From positions 12,338,001 to 12,402,000 of the forward strand of contig NC_043012.1 in NCBI RefSeq assembly GCF_006345805.1: a DNA stretch of 64,000 bases. Direction: 5' to 3'. Under the pieces are notes generated by a model. It made no database searches, was not told the origin of the DNA, and saw only the letters and a list, made by a program, of their open reading frames with translations. How positions within the stretch are numbered: the stretch's first letter is position 1; each line of letters begins with the position of its first letter. Shown here in pieces: positions 1 to 13,861 of this stretch. Origin of the DNA: Octopus sinensis. Its lineage: Eukaryota. Both the position numbers and the translations under genes were made by a program.

Positions 1-1201
1 ATAGCACATCATATAATATTGTATTGCATCATCCTGTACATTGCATCATTCTTCTTGTAATCCTTTAATAGTTACTATACGCATCATCATCATCATCATC
101 ATCATCATCAACATCATTACTAATTCGTTACTCTTATAGAGACCCTGAGAGCTTGTCATAGAATTGGAAAATTCAATTGTAACAAAATACTAAAAATAAG
201 CAAAAAAAAAAAATAACAACAAAAGAGTTCCTCCGAATTTAATCGCAATTTCGGGTGGACAATCCAATCCTTTAAAAGAACTTAATTCCTTGCAACATTC
301 GTCAGTATTGCATACCTCAAACGAATAAGAAAAAAAATATGTGAGCAGACGTAAATAAAACAGACGTGCATAATATTCATACTCTTCAAAATATATTCGA
401 ATATATATATGCGCAATTTAGTCGATGGAGCTGCAAAACAACACAAAATAAACAGGAAATAACTATTTTTACTGGAAATACAAACATTAACTATAATAAT
501 AGTAAAATTGAACTCTTAAAAAACAGTGGAAGTTTTCTTTATAACTTTCAAATACAAATGCCCATTGAAAGAAAAATCTAATTAAAAAGGAGTAAAGAGT
601 GACAAAAAATTAAAAGATAAAAGTAAATTAAAAGAAACGCATAGCATCTGAGAAGAAATTTAACAAACACATCATCTAACTCTACTTGACTCCTTGAATG
701 TTTTATATATACCTGGTGGCCTTTTCGAGGATTTCATTAATTATCTTTGCTGTCATTACCATGTCTGAAGAGAAGAAAGCTAAACAGTTTAATACCTCGC
801 AGCTATTGAACTTGTACAACAAATACATGAGAAACTCGTAACTAAATCTAACCACCCAGTGCGACCTACATCTATAAACGCAATCACCTATAAAGCAACC
901 ATACACAAACACACACACACACACATACACACACACACACACACATACACAACAACACACACACACACACACACATACAATGATATACTCACGTATAAAC
1001 GTACATGTTTACATCATTTTTTAAAGAATATATTAAAAAATGATGCATGCTCATATTAGAGCTCAAACTCCTACAATACCAACACATACACACGCACATA
1101 CACACACACATACACACAACCACAAACAAACACACACACACACACATATACATATATATGTATATATACTTTATTTAAAGCAGCAGAAAATTCAACAAAA
1201 C

Positions 1202-1239
1202 CTGTTACTCTGAGTTTCACGTTCCCGTTCGTCGGACAG
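1202..1239 (-). ncRNA. Hammerhead variant (CCGACGA core) at the tip of a 28-bp hairpin
   Basis: CUGU-CCGACGA-ACG-ggaa-CGU-GAAAC-ucaga-GUA-ACAG. Confidence 0.7.
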
Positions 1240-1582
1240 TTGAATTTTCTTCTGCTTTAAATAAAGCATATTACTCTACCACTGGTATTTGAGTACTATT
1301 TTTTCCACCTTTTTTCACATTTATGTGTTTATTCCGGTATATATATATATATATACACACATATATGTAACCATGCATACACAGATACATATAGACACAC
1401 ACACTCATACACACTCACGTTAATGAAAATACTTAAGATTAAGCTAAAGAATAATTCAAAACTACTTTCATAAAGTACGTATTTGTGTTAGTTTTACCAG
1501 AAGACGGGCGACAGTCTTCTTTGATGATGAACAAGCCGAAACTACGAAATTACTGTCTCCTCTTCTTGTAAAGGTATAATAA

Positions 1583-1644
<62 letters not shown>

Positions 1645-1680
1645 ATATATATATATATATATATGTAATATATATATATA

Positions 1681-1719
<39 letters not shown>

Positions 1720-1758
1720 TATATATATATGTATTATATATATAATATATATATATAG

Positions 1759-1808
<50 letters not shown>

Positions 1809-1847
1809 TATATTATATATATATATATAATATATATATATATATAT

Positions 1848-2214
1848 AAACGGCAGTTTGTCTGTGCGTTTTCTGTGTGTCTGTTTTCTCGTACCCTCAT
1901 TCTGACCACGGCTTTCAACCGATTCTGATGAAACTTGACACACACATAGCCCAATGTCATAATTCAAAACTAACGCAGCGAAAATTTTGAAAAGTTCCCC
2001 CAGTTCTGAAAAAAATCGATAAATTCGACATGGGGTCGAGAATCAGAAACCCAACCACAGACCGTCTAGTGGACGCAACTCCACCTTTTTTAACTCTCAA
2101 AAAATTTACCATCATTTTTTTTCCATTTTTTGCTATTTTTGGGCTATAACTCTCTAAAAATGCTTTATAGTTATTTCCCTTACAAACCTGAGCAACGCCG
2201 GGCGATACTGCTAG
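1848..2214 (+). mobile_element. Non-autonomous Helitron (5' end hidden in (TA)n)
   Basis: 3' hairpin CCTGAGCAACGCCGGG followed by ...CTGCTAG|T terminus. Confidence 0.7.
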
Positions 2215-2228
2215 TATATATATATATA

Positions 2229-2274
<46 letters not shown>

Positions 2275-2344
2275 ATATATATATGTATATATATATATAT
2301 GTATGTATATATATATATGTATATATATATATTATATATGTATG

Positions 2345-2405
<61 letters not shown>

Positions 2406-2420
2406 GTATATATATATATC

Positions 2421-2454
<34 letters not shown>

Positions 2455-2479
2455 GATACATACATATACATTCTTCTAT

Positions 2480-2698
2480 TCTTTTATGTGTTTCAGCCAT
2501 TTGATTGTGGCCATGCTGGAGCAACACCTTTAGTCGAGCAAATCGACCCCACGACTTATTCTTTGTAAGCCTAGTATTTACTCTATCGGTCTGTGTTGCC
2601 AAACCGCTAAGTTACGGGGAGGTAAACACACCAGCATCGATTGTCAAGCGATGTTGGACGACAAACAGAGATGCACAAACAACATATAAACACACACA

Positions 2699-2743
<45 letters not shown>

Positions 2744-2915
2744 CTATATATATATACGATGGGCTTCTTTTCTGTTTCCATCTACCAAATCCACACATAA
2801 GGCTGTGGTCGCTCCTGAGGCTATAGTAGAATGCACTTGACCAAGGTGCCACGCAGTGGGACCAAACCCGGAACCATGTGGTTGGTAAGCAAGCTACTTA
2901 CCACACAGCCATTCC
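2480..2915 (-). mobile_element. SINE family S2, full length
   Basis: Reverse complement of 8541-8940, with an internal (CA)/(TA) tract. Confidence 0.88.
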
Positions 2916-2921
2916 TCCACC

Positions 2922-2954
<33 letters not shown>

Positions 2955-3517
2955 GGGGGAGAGAGAGAGCGAGAGAGAGAGCGAGAGAGAGAGAATACAG
3001 TATATAGATCGTCAACCTTCAGAACTACCCAGTACTAACGGTAGTATTATTCTATACTTCCAAATTTAAATTTGGGATTCGTCGTTTGTGAAAATGGAGT
3101 CATGAAGGAGTATAATTCCGCAGTTATTTATTATTCGCTATAAATTTTCCGACGTAACGTAGTTCTCCAGGAATACGGTATTTGATTACACAATTGTTTT
3201 TGTGCATAATGAGATTTAAGTTGTGTTTCCTTAGGCGATACACGTGTGTTACCCCGGTTATTTAATATTATCGACTTCAAACACATCTCCCCTGTTCGTC
3301 GAGGTTTGAATTTAGTAGCGGCTGATAGACCCATCGTGGGTGCCGTCAGAGCTCGTTTGTCAGAATGCAATGAACGATAGTAAATGGTACTGGCTGGCAT
3401 TTAAATGAGATTGGTATTCTCTTTGATTGTATCTCTGATCTGTTCTTCATGGTTGGCTACACATGTGAATTTCTTCAGCTGACATTTAGCACTAAGTGGT
3501 CGGATATATACACGCAT

Positions 3518-3561
<44 letters not shown>

Positions 3562-3719
3562 ACACACACAAGCATATGTATATATGCCTACATGCAAACA
3601 TACATGCACTCACATATACGTACATACACGTACATACGCATACTTACATACATATATTTAGGTAACGATTTATACTTATGCGTACATATATACATACACC
3701 GACCAACATATACACTTAT

Positions 3720-3752
<33 letters not shown>

Positions 3753-3895
3753 CACTCGCATTTGTGGGTATATATACATACCCACATACGTACACATAAA
3801 TAAGTAAATAGACTTACGACTTTGACTCATACATATAGCGAAGTACGCGTGTATATACACACTCTTACTCACATACATACATATATATGTATATA

Positions 3896-5100
3896 CTAAC
3901 AGATATATCCAGCGTTTCACGAGTTAAAGAGAATAATGAAATTTAAGAACGCGGACTAGATTACGTAGGTCTCAACTTTCTGCATTAATAACTCTCCAAC
4001 CCATGCCAGCATAAAACATAGATGTTAAGTGAAAAGTTCAAAGAATCTTTTCAACTCATGTATGTATATAAAGTAGATACATCTAATCCAAAAACACGTT
4101 TTGTGTAGCATAATTTGTACCCAAAAAAAAACCAGGTACAGATTATAAACAATGAAACGCCGATATTGGTGGTTCATTTGACAGAGGTCGTAGAGAAGCA
4201 ATTCGATGATAAAACTGATCTTGGATCTTGAAAGTTTGCATGAATCCTGGCTCAGTGAAATCTCTTGTGGCTCCAAATGATGCCATCTGCAGCGTTGTAT
4301 TGTCTAATTTTGTTTTGGCAATACTTGGAATCCTCCGTTTCTTCGCTTCAGCCATCGCAAAAAATCGACGAACAGGAAAGAAGTATTGCTCTACAAAGAC
4401 ACACCACGTAGTGGTATGACAGAGTCAGGAAATACCGGTTGGCAGACTGATATATGAGAGTCGAATTACGTTGGTTCTAGCAGTGGAAGCCTCAACTACA
4501 ACGGGTTTGTCCTACAGAGAACGGTACCGGTTACTTTCGGGTTCCCCTCCTATAATATTCGGAGACATGAACTCAGTTCGACACACACCTATAACGAATG
4601 CTCACGCAGAGTTCTACTAATTAGCAATATATGACGTATTAAAACCTAGTATGTTGTAGACATGCACATACAGCCACGAATAAATGGAAGCACGTACGTT
4701 CATAAAGGGGTATATATAGGGGTACATTCCTCTAAAGAACTAATCGAATAACGAATGATTTTTCTGAAAAAAAAAGATGGTAATAAAACAAGTTGAAATA
4801 TGATCAGCCCAACCGTTTGGTGAGGTGGAAATTGAACAACAATCACGAGTACGCTATACACGCTTATGAATATTCGGAGAACATATACGAACGATCCGCT
4901 AATTGAACAAATTGTCGCCAAGAGGTTTTCCACAGATAATTGTAATCGTCCAACGAAATGAAATTTGAACGGCAAAGCACGAGTTGACAGAACATGCATA
5001 TAAGTGCCTTGGAGAGTGTATGGAGACGGTTCGTTAACATCAACACTTCACAAGAATGGTTGTATTTGTCGAGAGTAATATAGTCTTACAACGCATAATA
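3896..5100 (-). mobile_element. Internally deleted Helitron with an N-terminal RepHel fragment
   Basis: Minus-strand QMASFGATRDFTEPGFMQTFKIQDQFYHRIASLRPLSNEPP (4143-4355) resembles the RepHel QMTSFGA...FKIQGQVYHRIGSLLP motif. Degenerate 3' hairpin and CTAG-like end at 3896-3925. Distal boundary approximate. Confidence 0.7.
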
Positions 5101-5273
5101 TATGAAAACCTAAATGCTACAAATATAAATGTAATATACATTTTAAGTTTTCAGAAATACTTGCCCATTTTGCTTTTATTAAAACATGTCTAAATGGAAT
5201 AACCAGTTTTTTGTTTTGTTTTGGGTAAAGCACAGAATTGATAACTAACATAATGTTATATCATATTTCGCAG

Positions 5274-5388
5274 GATATTTGGAGCAGCAATTACCATTTC
5301 TTCATTCTTAAACTTGTTCCTTCCCGGAGCTGCCTCTGTACATTATGGATTAGTCATGGCAGTGAGAATTCTTCAAGGGTTGGTCGAG
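5274..5388 (+). CDS. VGLUT: VGLUT exon A (115 nt): (R)[38 protein letters not shown]
   Basis: tcgcAG|G acceptor and GAG|GTAAGG donor; hand translation. Confidence 0.95.
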
Positions 5389-5467
5389 GTAAGGAAAATG
5401 AAAGTGATGCTTTTTTGCCCATCTTAATATTGAACTGGAATATGTGTGTATATACATATTCATATAT

Positions 5468-5520
<53 letters not shown>

Positions 5521-6210
5521 GAAATTTACACAAAAACAATGGACGAAGACAGGTGTATGAACAACAAGCAGGTGTATTCCTTTGACGCCCAGAGAAGTGG
5601 GACAGTCTTGTAAGTTCCGAGCCTACGCTCTTCAAAAGAAAGGAATAAGAGAAAATAAACAGAGAGAGAATAAAAGAAAATTGTGTATATGAATTGAAAC
5701 TGCAAGGGTGACAGAATTTCACGCCACTGTCTTCGCCAGAAGATTGCAATGGTGCGGAGGGGTCCGTTGTATATTAACAAACCAAATTTCAAAACCTCTA
5801 TTACACATCTACTTGTAAAAGCATTATAAATACACCCACAGGCACACACACATTTACAACACACACACACACACGCAAACAGATGTATGTATATATGCAT
5901 GCATATATATACGTATATGTATGCATGTATTTGCGTTTGAGACGCCAAGAGAAACTTCTACATGGTAGACCAGATAGAAGTCACAGACAAATACTCCATA
6001 AATTCTGGTACTGAGCATTATTGAGTTTTCGAAAAGTTCCGGCCTTATTTTAACTTCAGGGCATGTGATCTGCCTATGTGGCAAAACTCATTAAAATCGG
6101 TTGGGAGGAATTAGAGTAACCCCAAACACAAACAGACAGACACCATTACATATTTATGCATACAGATATATGATATATGTATGTACGTAGCATATATATA
6201 TATATATATA

Positions 6211-6762
6211 CGAGAGTGAGTCAAAACGTAATGCCATTTTTTTAGGACAGGTATAATTACCAACACAGGAACATGTAACATACATCAAAATGAAGATGGT
6301 CCTCTGTGGACCAAATCCCTACTTCTCAATATAGTCACCGTTTCTCTCAATGGCAATGTTTCACCTTCAAATGAGAGCGTGTATCCCTGTCCTGTAAAAT
6401 TCAGTTGATTGTTCTTTGAGCCACTTCTTCACTACAGTTTTCACTTCCCCGTCGCTGGAATAATGTTTGCCTCTCAAACTCTTTTTCGTGGCGCCGAAGA
6501 GATGATAGTCTGATGGCGCTAAATCTGCCTAATGTGGAGGTAGTGAAGAAGTAGCTCAAAGAACACTTAACAAAATATTTACGAGCCAGGGATACATGGT
6601 CTCATTCGAAGGTGGAACATTGCTATTGAGAGAAACGGTGGCTATGTTTCTGTAGGGAAGTGATCCACAGAGGACCAGCTTCCTTTTGATGTATGATATA
6701 TGTTCCTGTACTGGTAATTAAGACTGCCCTAAACAAAATTCCCTTACTTTTGACTCACCCTC

Positions 6763-6763
<1 letters not shown>
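6211..6763. mobile_element. Non-autonomous mariner element made of two inverted transposase 3' ends
   Basis: TA target duplication; TIR CGAG(A/G)GTGAGTCAAAA; minus-strand DLAPSDYHLFGATKKSLRGKHYSSDGEVKTVVKKWLKEQ...IERNGDYIEK*; 6540-6720 is a diverged inverted copy of 6250-6440. Confidence 0.85.
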
Positions 6764-6828
<65 letters not shown>

Positions 6829-7644
6829 CGAATTAGAGATAAAACCACTATTATGCAACACAAACAGTGATAGACATAAATAACAAACAATATATAAATT
6901 TATTTATATATTTATTTTTCAAAAAGCATAAAATGAATGATAACTATAATATAATAAGTAAAAACACTAAGTACGTTTCATGGTTATAATTAAATTCGAA
7001 TAACAATTAAGTTTGAATTACCTGTAAGTTTGGAGTTATATTCCCTAATATTACTATTATTATTATTATTATTATTATTATTTTATTATTATTATTATTA
7101 TTATTAGTATTAGTATTATTATTATTATTATTATTGTTGTTGTTGGTGTTGTTGTTGTTGTTGTTATTATTATTATATATATGTGTGTGTGTGCGTGTGT
7201 GTGTGCATGTATTCCGTTCATAACATATGTGTATGATGGTATGATACTTTATTGGAGGAGAGGAAACGACAAAGCATGAGAGGTCATCATGACCCCTGTG
7301 CTTCCAGTGCACCAGAGCTTAGTGTTCAAGGATCGTTTAAATTAACCACCCGAGGGCTTGCCTATATCCCTCACAATTCTCAGAAATGACGAACTGCTAT
7401 CAACCTCATGAATATTGTGCCGTCAACTTATTTCGACTCCTATTAATTGGTGGACATCCGGGTATACAGAGTGTTTTAGGTACAATTAATATAGGAATTA
7501 CCGTTGATTTTACTTTTTCTTCTACATGGAAATACATGCTTAAATAAATACATAGTATGTCGGCCAATCCATTAAGACTGCCATATTTGTTCAAGTCATG
7601 GTTACCAATATTCTGCTTAGAGAAACTCTGTGTGATAGCAGAAT

Positions 7645-8220
7645 CGTTACCGCGCCGGAAAAAAAATGGTTATTAGTATTTCTTCTGGTTTACCGTTCTG
7701 AGTTCCAATGACGCAGGATTCGACTTTGCATTTCGAGTTCGATAAAATAAGAAGCAGTTGAACACTGGGGTCGATTTCTTCGATTCACCCCCTCTTCCAT
7801 AATTTCTGGCGTTGTGCCAAAATATGAAACCATTATTTAAGGCGGTGAGCTCGTAGAATCGTGAGCACGCCGAGCAATATGCTTAGTCGCATTTCGTCCG
7901 CTTTTTTCATTCCGAATTCAAATTGCTTCCAAAGTCGACTTTGTCTTTCATTCATTCGTGGTCGATAGCTGAGCAATGGAGTCGATGTAATCAACTTACC
8001 CCTGCACCAAAATTGATTAAATAAGTACCAGCTACGCACTGGAGACGACATAATCGATTTAATCCGTTTGTCTGTCCTTGTTTGTCCTCTCCGTGTTTAG
8101 CCCCTTGTGGGTAGTAAAGAAATAGGTATTTCGTCTGCCGCTACGTTCTGAGTTCAAATTCCGCCGCGGTCGACTTTGCTTTTCGGATTCGATAAATTAA
8201 GTATCAGTTGCGTACTGGGT
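7645..8220 (+). mobile_element. Cluster of S1 SINEs (old tail-B copies plus a younger truncated tail-A unit and a partial repeat)
   Basis: Recurring head, B box and core motifs; tail B ...ttgtgccaaaatatgaaacc-attatt at about 7830; tail A ends at 8124. Confidence 0.8.
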
Positions 8221-8540
8221 TTGTTCCTAGAGTAGAAAAGGAATTAAATACTTTGTGTATTTCAGAATTAAAACCTATTTATTGCACATAAATTTCATCA
8301 AGAAAACCTTATATGAATCTCCAAGGATCATATGCCTCCCATTTGAGAACCACTGTTTAGAAGGTGAAAACCAAAATTTTTAAATGCACCCGTGGATGCA
8401 TTTGTATGTGGCCTAGATATATATGTGTCATTTTATGTGGTGATAACAGCTAATAAGTCCAACATAGGTTTGTTCGTGAGAATAAAATGGAATGGAAAAC
8501 ATCCACAGCAAAGAACCAAAAAATTCTGTATCAGCTGTAT

Positions 8541-8940
8541 AGGCGCAGGAGTGGCTGTGTGGTAAGTAGCTTGCTAACCAACCACATGGTTCCGGGTTCA
8601 GTCCCACTGTGTGGCATCTTGGGCAAGTGTCTTCTGCTATAGCCCCGGGCCGACCAATGCCTTGTGAGTGGATTTGGTAGACGGAAACTGAAAGAAGCCT
8701 GTCGTATATATGTATATATATATATGTGTGTGTGTTTGTGTGTCAGTGTTTGTCCCCCTAGCATCGCTTGACAACCGATGCTGGTGTGTTTACGTCCCCG
8801 TCACTTAGCGGTTCGGCAAAAGAGAGACCGATAGAATAAGTACTGGGCTTACAAAGAATAAGTCCCGGGGTCGAGTTGCTCGATTAAAGGCGGTGCTCCA
8901 GCATGGCCGCAGTCAAATGACTGAAACAAGTTAAAGAGAA
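8541..8940 (+). mobile_element. SINE family S2 (CORE-like CTTGGGCAAGTG block) with an internal microsatellite
   Basis: Head GGCGCAGGAGTGGCTGTGTGGTAAG, B box GGTTCAGTCCC, tail ...GCAGTCAAATGACTGAAACAAGT-AAAGA. Confidence 0.9.
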
Positions 8941-9607
8941 AAAAAAGAGAAAGAGCTGTGTAAATAAAAAAGGAAAAACAAGCGCATTATAGAGAATAGC
9001 CGACACATAAATGCTTGCCTAAGCAACTGCAAGGATGGCTCTCAATTCAAGGTCGAATTGACGGAGAGCATAAAACCACATGTTCATGGGAAGCACAGGA
9101 TACAGCTCGAGAAATCATCGACATCACTGTCAGCATCACCGAAATATTTGGTCCTCTATCTTTCTCTTTCGCCCCCATCCCCCACTGCAAGTCTCAACCT
9201 TTTCTCCTTCACATCATCAACAACAAAGACAGATTAATAATAGCAAAAACCAAAATAATCATGCATAATAGATATCGCACACACTCCATACATCATCAGC
9301 AAGTGCGTGTATGTGTATAAATATTTATACATGCGTATGCATATATGTATATTCTTATGGATACGAGCGTACGCGTATAATGTGTGTGTGTGTGTCTGTA
9401 TGTGCGTATTTGAAAAGCGAAAGCCAATTGAAATGATACGAAAGGAAATACATACAAAGAAAAAAAAAATTAAACAAACAGTAGAAAGCGTAATAAGGTC
9501 CGGAATAGCAAGGAAACAAATAACAGAACATAATATATATATATATGTATATATATGCATATATATATGCATATATATATATATATATATATACATACAC
9601 ATATATA

Positions 9608-9661
<54 letters not shown>

Positions 9662-9951
9662 GCATATATATATATATAATATATATATATAATATATATA
9701 TATATATAATATATATATTATACACACATAAATATATGTATTTATATATTATATATATATATATGCATATATATTATATATATATAGATAGAGAGAGAGA
9801 GAGAAAGAGAGAGGTATATCAATGAGTATGTGCGCGTAAAATAAATTTAATAGAAATTATTTAGAAAAATGTCAGACACACACACATATACGCACATATC
9901 ACACATACACCTTATACACACAGAAGGACACAGACACAAACACCCATCACT

Positions 9952-9986
<35 letters not shown>

Positions 9987-10474
9987 CACACTCTCTCACT
10001 GAGTCAATCAAAACGAGTCGGAAAACAATAGCATTGTTCGCTTATAGCTGGTGTCGCTGCAGTAGCATCGGCCGTCTCCTAGGTTTAGAAGTAATATTGT
10101 GTAGAGCAGAGAGAACATAATGTATTTGCTATTTATTGCACACACGCACATACAAAGCACATTGTCTCCTTTTCATAAAAGTTCAAGCGCTCGCTTGAGT
10201 ATGCTTTGCGTATGATGTGTTTTGAGAGAGAGCGCTGAAAGTGAGCAAAGAGAAACAGCGGAAAGGAAAATGAAGGGAATTAAGAAGAAAGATTTGACTA
10301 TTATGGAGATAGATGATCGCATTTAATCTCTTGTATATATTATTGTCTGCACAACAATTATTGTTATTATCATTATCGTTATTTTTATCATTTTGTTCTC
10401 AATCTCATTTTTAGTCCCTCCTACACACTTTATACATCTCTCGCTTCCTCTTTCTCTCTGTCTCTCTTTCTCTC

Positions 10475-10913
<439 letters not shown>

Positions 10914-10914
<1 letters not shown>

Positions 10915-13861
10915 GCCTCAGAGACCTGCTCAGACGCTTTCAACTGTCTGACAGGTTTCGACTAGACCACCCGAATGCGCCAACGTGGACATGGAGCAAC
11001 CGCATCGGGTCGTCGAGATCGTATCTAGATAGGATACTGTGTAGGACAGTAGATAGAGATAGCATAGGATGTCCACAATTCCACATAGTCAGCTACACGG
11101 ATCACAAACTTGTGACATGTACGCTAGACTTAGGTAAGACACTTAGGCAGGGTCCCGGATACTGGAAACTAAACGCGTCTTTCCCATCGAGACAAGTTTT
11201 CAGAGACCGGATTAGCACACTAGTAAAGAGGGCTTTGACGGGAGCCATCATCAACAACAAATGGTGGTTTGCCCTCAAGAGAGCAGTAAAAGCAGAAGCG
11301 ATTAGGTACAGCAAAGCACTAGCCATAGATAGAAATAGAGTAGAGGGTGAGCTAGTTAAGAAGCTAGAAGAGGCAATTAGAAGCGGCATCGCATCCGACG
11401 TTTTGGCGGCGAGGTTGGCCCTCGACCAACACTTCAACGCCAAACACGAAGGATGTGCTGTCAGAGCTAGGATGCGTGCTCTAAGGAACGAAGGTGTTGG
11501 AGCCGCGAGAGAGGCCCGGGTGGCAGAGGCGCAACAGGGCAACAAAGCCACCATTCGGTCACTGGTAGATGAACAGGGGCGCGAATTGCTCGAGCCAAGT
11601 AAAATGTGTGAGGCCTTTCAGCAGCATTTTGCCCGACTGTTCGGAACGAGTGGAGGGCAAGAACGTAGGGGGACTTCAGTGCCTACCTACATAGCCTACC
11701 ACGACTCTCGACAAGAAAGGCAGGGTGCTGCGAAGGTGCCATCACGGCGGCGGAAGTGCGGGAAGCGATGGCAGAATGCTCGAGGGACAAATCACCGGGT
11801 TTGGATGGTCTACCCTACGAGCTTTACAATTGTATGCCAGACTTGTTTGGAGATCTCTTGGCGGCGGTGTACTGCAACTGGCAGCAAAACGGGAGCATTC
11901 CTGGTTTTGTGAGCCGAGGAGCCGTAACACTGCTGAAGAAAGATCTAAACAAGGGAAATGTAATAGATAACTTTAGGCCCATCACTCTGCTTAATGCAGA
12001 CTTGAAAATTTTGGCCAAGGTGCTAGCCAAGAGGTTGGCGCTTGTCATCGAGAAACTGGTCGACAAGGCGCAAACATGCGCCGTGCCAGGCCGGACCATC
12101 CATGACAACCTCCATCTGATGCGCTACATCATAGACAGGGTAGTTAACGAACCTGGCATGGGTGGGGCCCTGATCAACTTGGATCAATCAAAAGCCTTTG
12201 ATAGGGTAGACCATCGATACTTGGAGGCAGTCCTGAGAGCGGCTGGTTTCGGTCCCGTCTTCCGCGGCTGGATAGCTGCCTTGTACAGAGGCATCCGTTC
12301 GGTAATTCGCGTAAATGGACATCTATCGAGACCTTTCGACATTGCACGTTCGGTCCGTCAGGGATGCCCCCTCTCGGCGCTTCTATACGTATTGACTCTT
12401 GAGCCACTACTGCGGAAGCTGGCGACTCTAAGGGGCATCCCGCGAGAATTGGGATGCGGGACGAGCGTGTCTGCATACGCGGACGACGTCACCGTCATAG
12501 TGTCTAGCCACGAGCACATCGAGCTGGTCGGCGAGACACTGAAAAACTACGAAGCGGTGACAGGAGCGAAAATCAACCGGGAAAAGTCAGTGGGCTTGCG
12601 ACTAGGCACCTGGAGAAGCAAGCCCATGCCGTCCACCAGCGCCTCCGTCGTGGGACGCTGGACCGACGGCCCGGTTGAGTTGCTCGGGGTCTGGTTTGGT
12701 CCGGACCTCCAAGTGGAGAAGAACTGGAACGAGATAACGAGTAGGGTGGTCACTCTCGCCCGGCAATGGGCCGAGAGGAAACTGTCCCTAAAAGGTCGAG
12801 CGGAGGTGGCGAACACGTACATCGCGTCCGTCATCTACTACCGCCTGACCGTCGTACCTTGTCCCGACCCTACCATCACCAAACTACAACGCATCCTCTT
12901 TCGCTTCTTGTGGAAAGGATGCGTCCCGATGGTTAGGCGATCCATTTGCTGTCAACACCCGTTAAAAGGAGGGCTTGGCATGCCGTGGTTGATGATGCGC
13001 AGACACGCGCTGAGACTGCGACATCTCTGGCTCTATGTAGACGACGGTGAACAGGTGTGGTCGCCGTTTGTGAGGCACGCTTTCCCGCAGCTCGTCTCCA
13101 TGACCGAACTGCAGTCGTGGATCAAAAAGAGGCCGAGGAAGGGCGAATGGCACCGCGAGTGTCGCGTTGCTCTCAAGCAACTCTGCCGTCCTGGGTCGAC
13201 CTTAAGTGACTTCAACACAACCAAAGCATTCTATAGGGGTTTAGTGGAGGGGAGGTACGACGACGAGCTCGGGGCGAACCTGGACGTCGACGAGGAGTAC
13301 CTGACCCGCCTGTTCGGGACGACTTTCGGGCCAGGGCCCATGGACAACTTCCAGAGATCCCTGGCCTGGCAGTGCTACCGAGAAGCGCTACCCGTTCGGG
13401 ATAAGCTCTACAGACACGGCTCGAGAAACACGGGGCCGACCTGCCCGAGATGCGGTCAGAGCGACGAAACCGTTCTGCACGCACTCGTTCAGTGTCCAAC
13501 AATTTCCGACCTGTGGGCTTATGTCGAACAACTGCTGTCACGTGTGGGACGAGTCGGTTTATCAGCTGAATCTATCGTCAATATTGTCACGCCTCCTTCC
13601 TTCAAACGGGAAGGAAGAGCTATTTTCATCATCCTTGTGGCTATGGCGAAAGAATGTATCTGGTGGACGCGTCTGAAAGGATTGGAGACAAACACTTTCC
13701 TCTCTGGTCAATCTCTCATCAACTTCTTCAAGTACCACTTGAAAAGGAAAGTGAGAGTAGAGAGGCAAGTTTTGTCTAGCGAATGTTTTAAAAAAAGATG
13801 GGTGAATGTAGCAAGAATGGCACGTATGAATGACGAAGCCACCTTGAGCATAGTCCTATGA
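10914..13861 (+). pseudogene. LINE ORF2 (partial EN, RT, zinc knuckle) split by one -1 frameshift at the G5 run 11668-11672
   Basis: Frame 3 is open from 10914 ([27 protein letters not shown]...) to ...QERR. Frame 2 continues [13 protein letters not shown]...[19 protein letters not shown] to TGA at 13859-13861. No other stop seen. Confidence 0.9.

Noticed and set aside
11102-13768. Several minus-strand ORFs over the LINE
   Set aside because: Antisense shadows of a GC-rich coding sequence.
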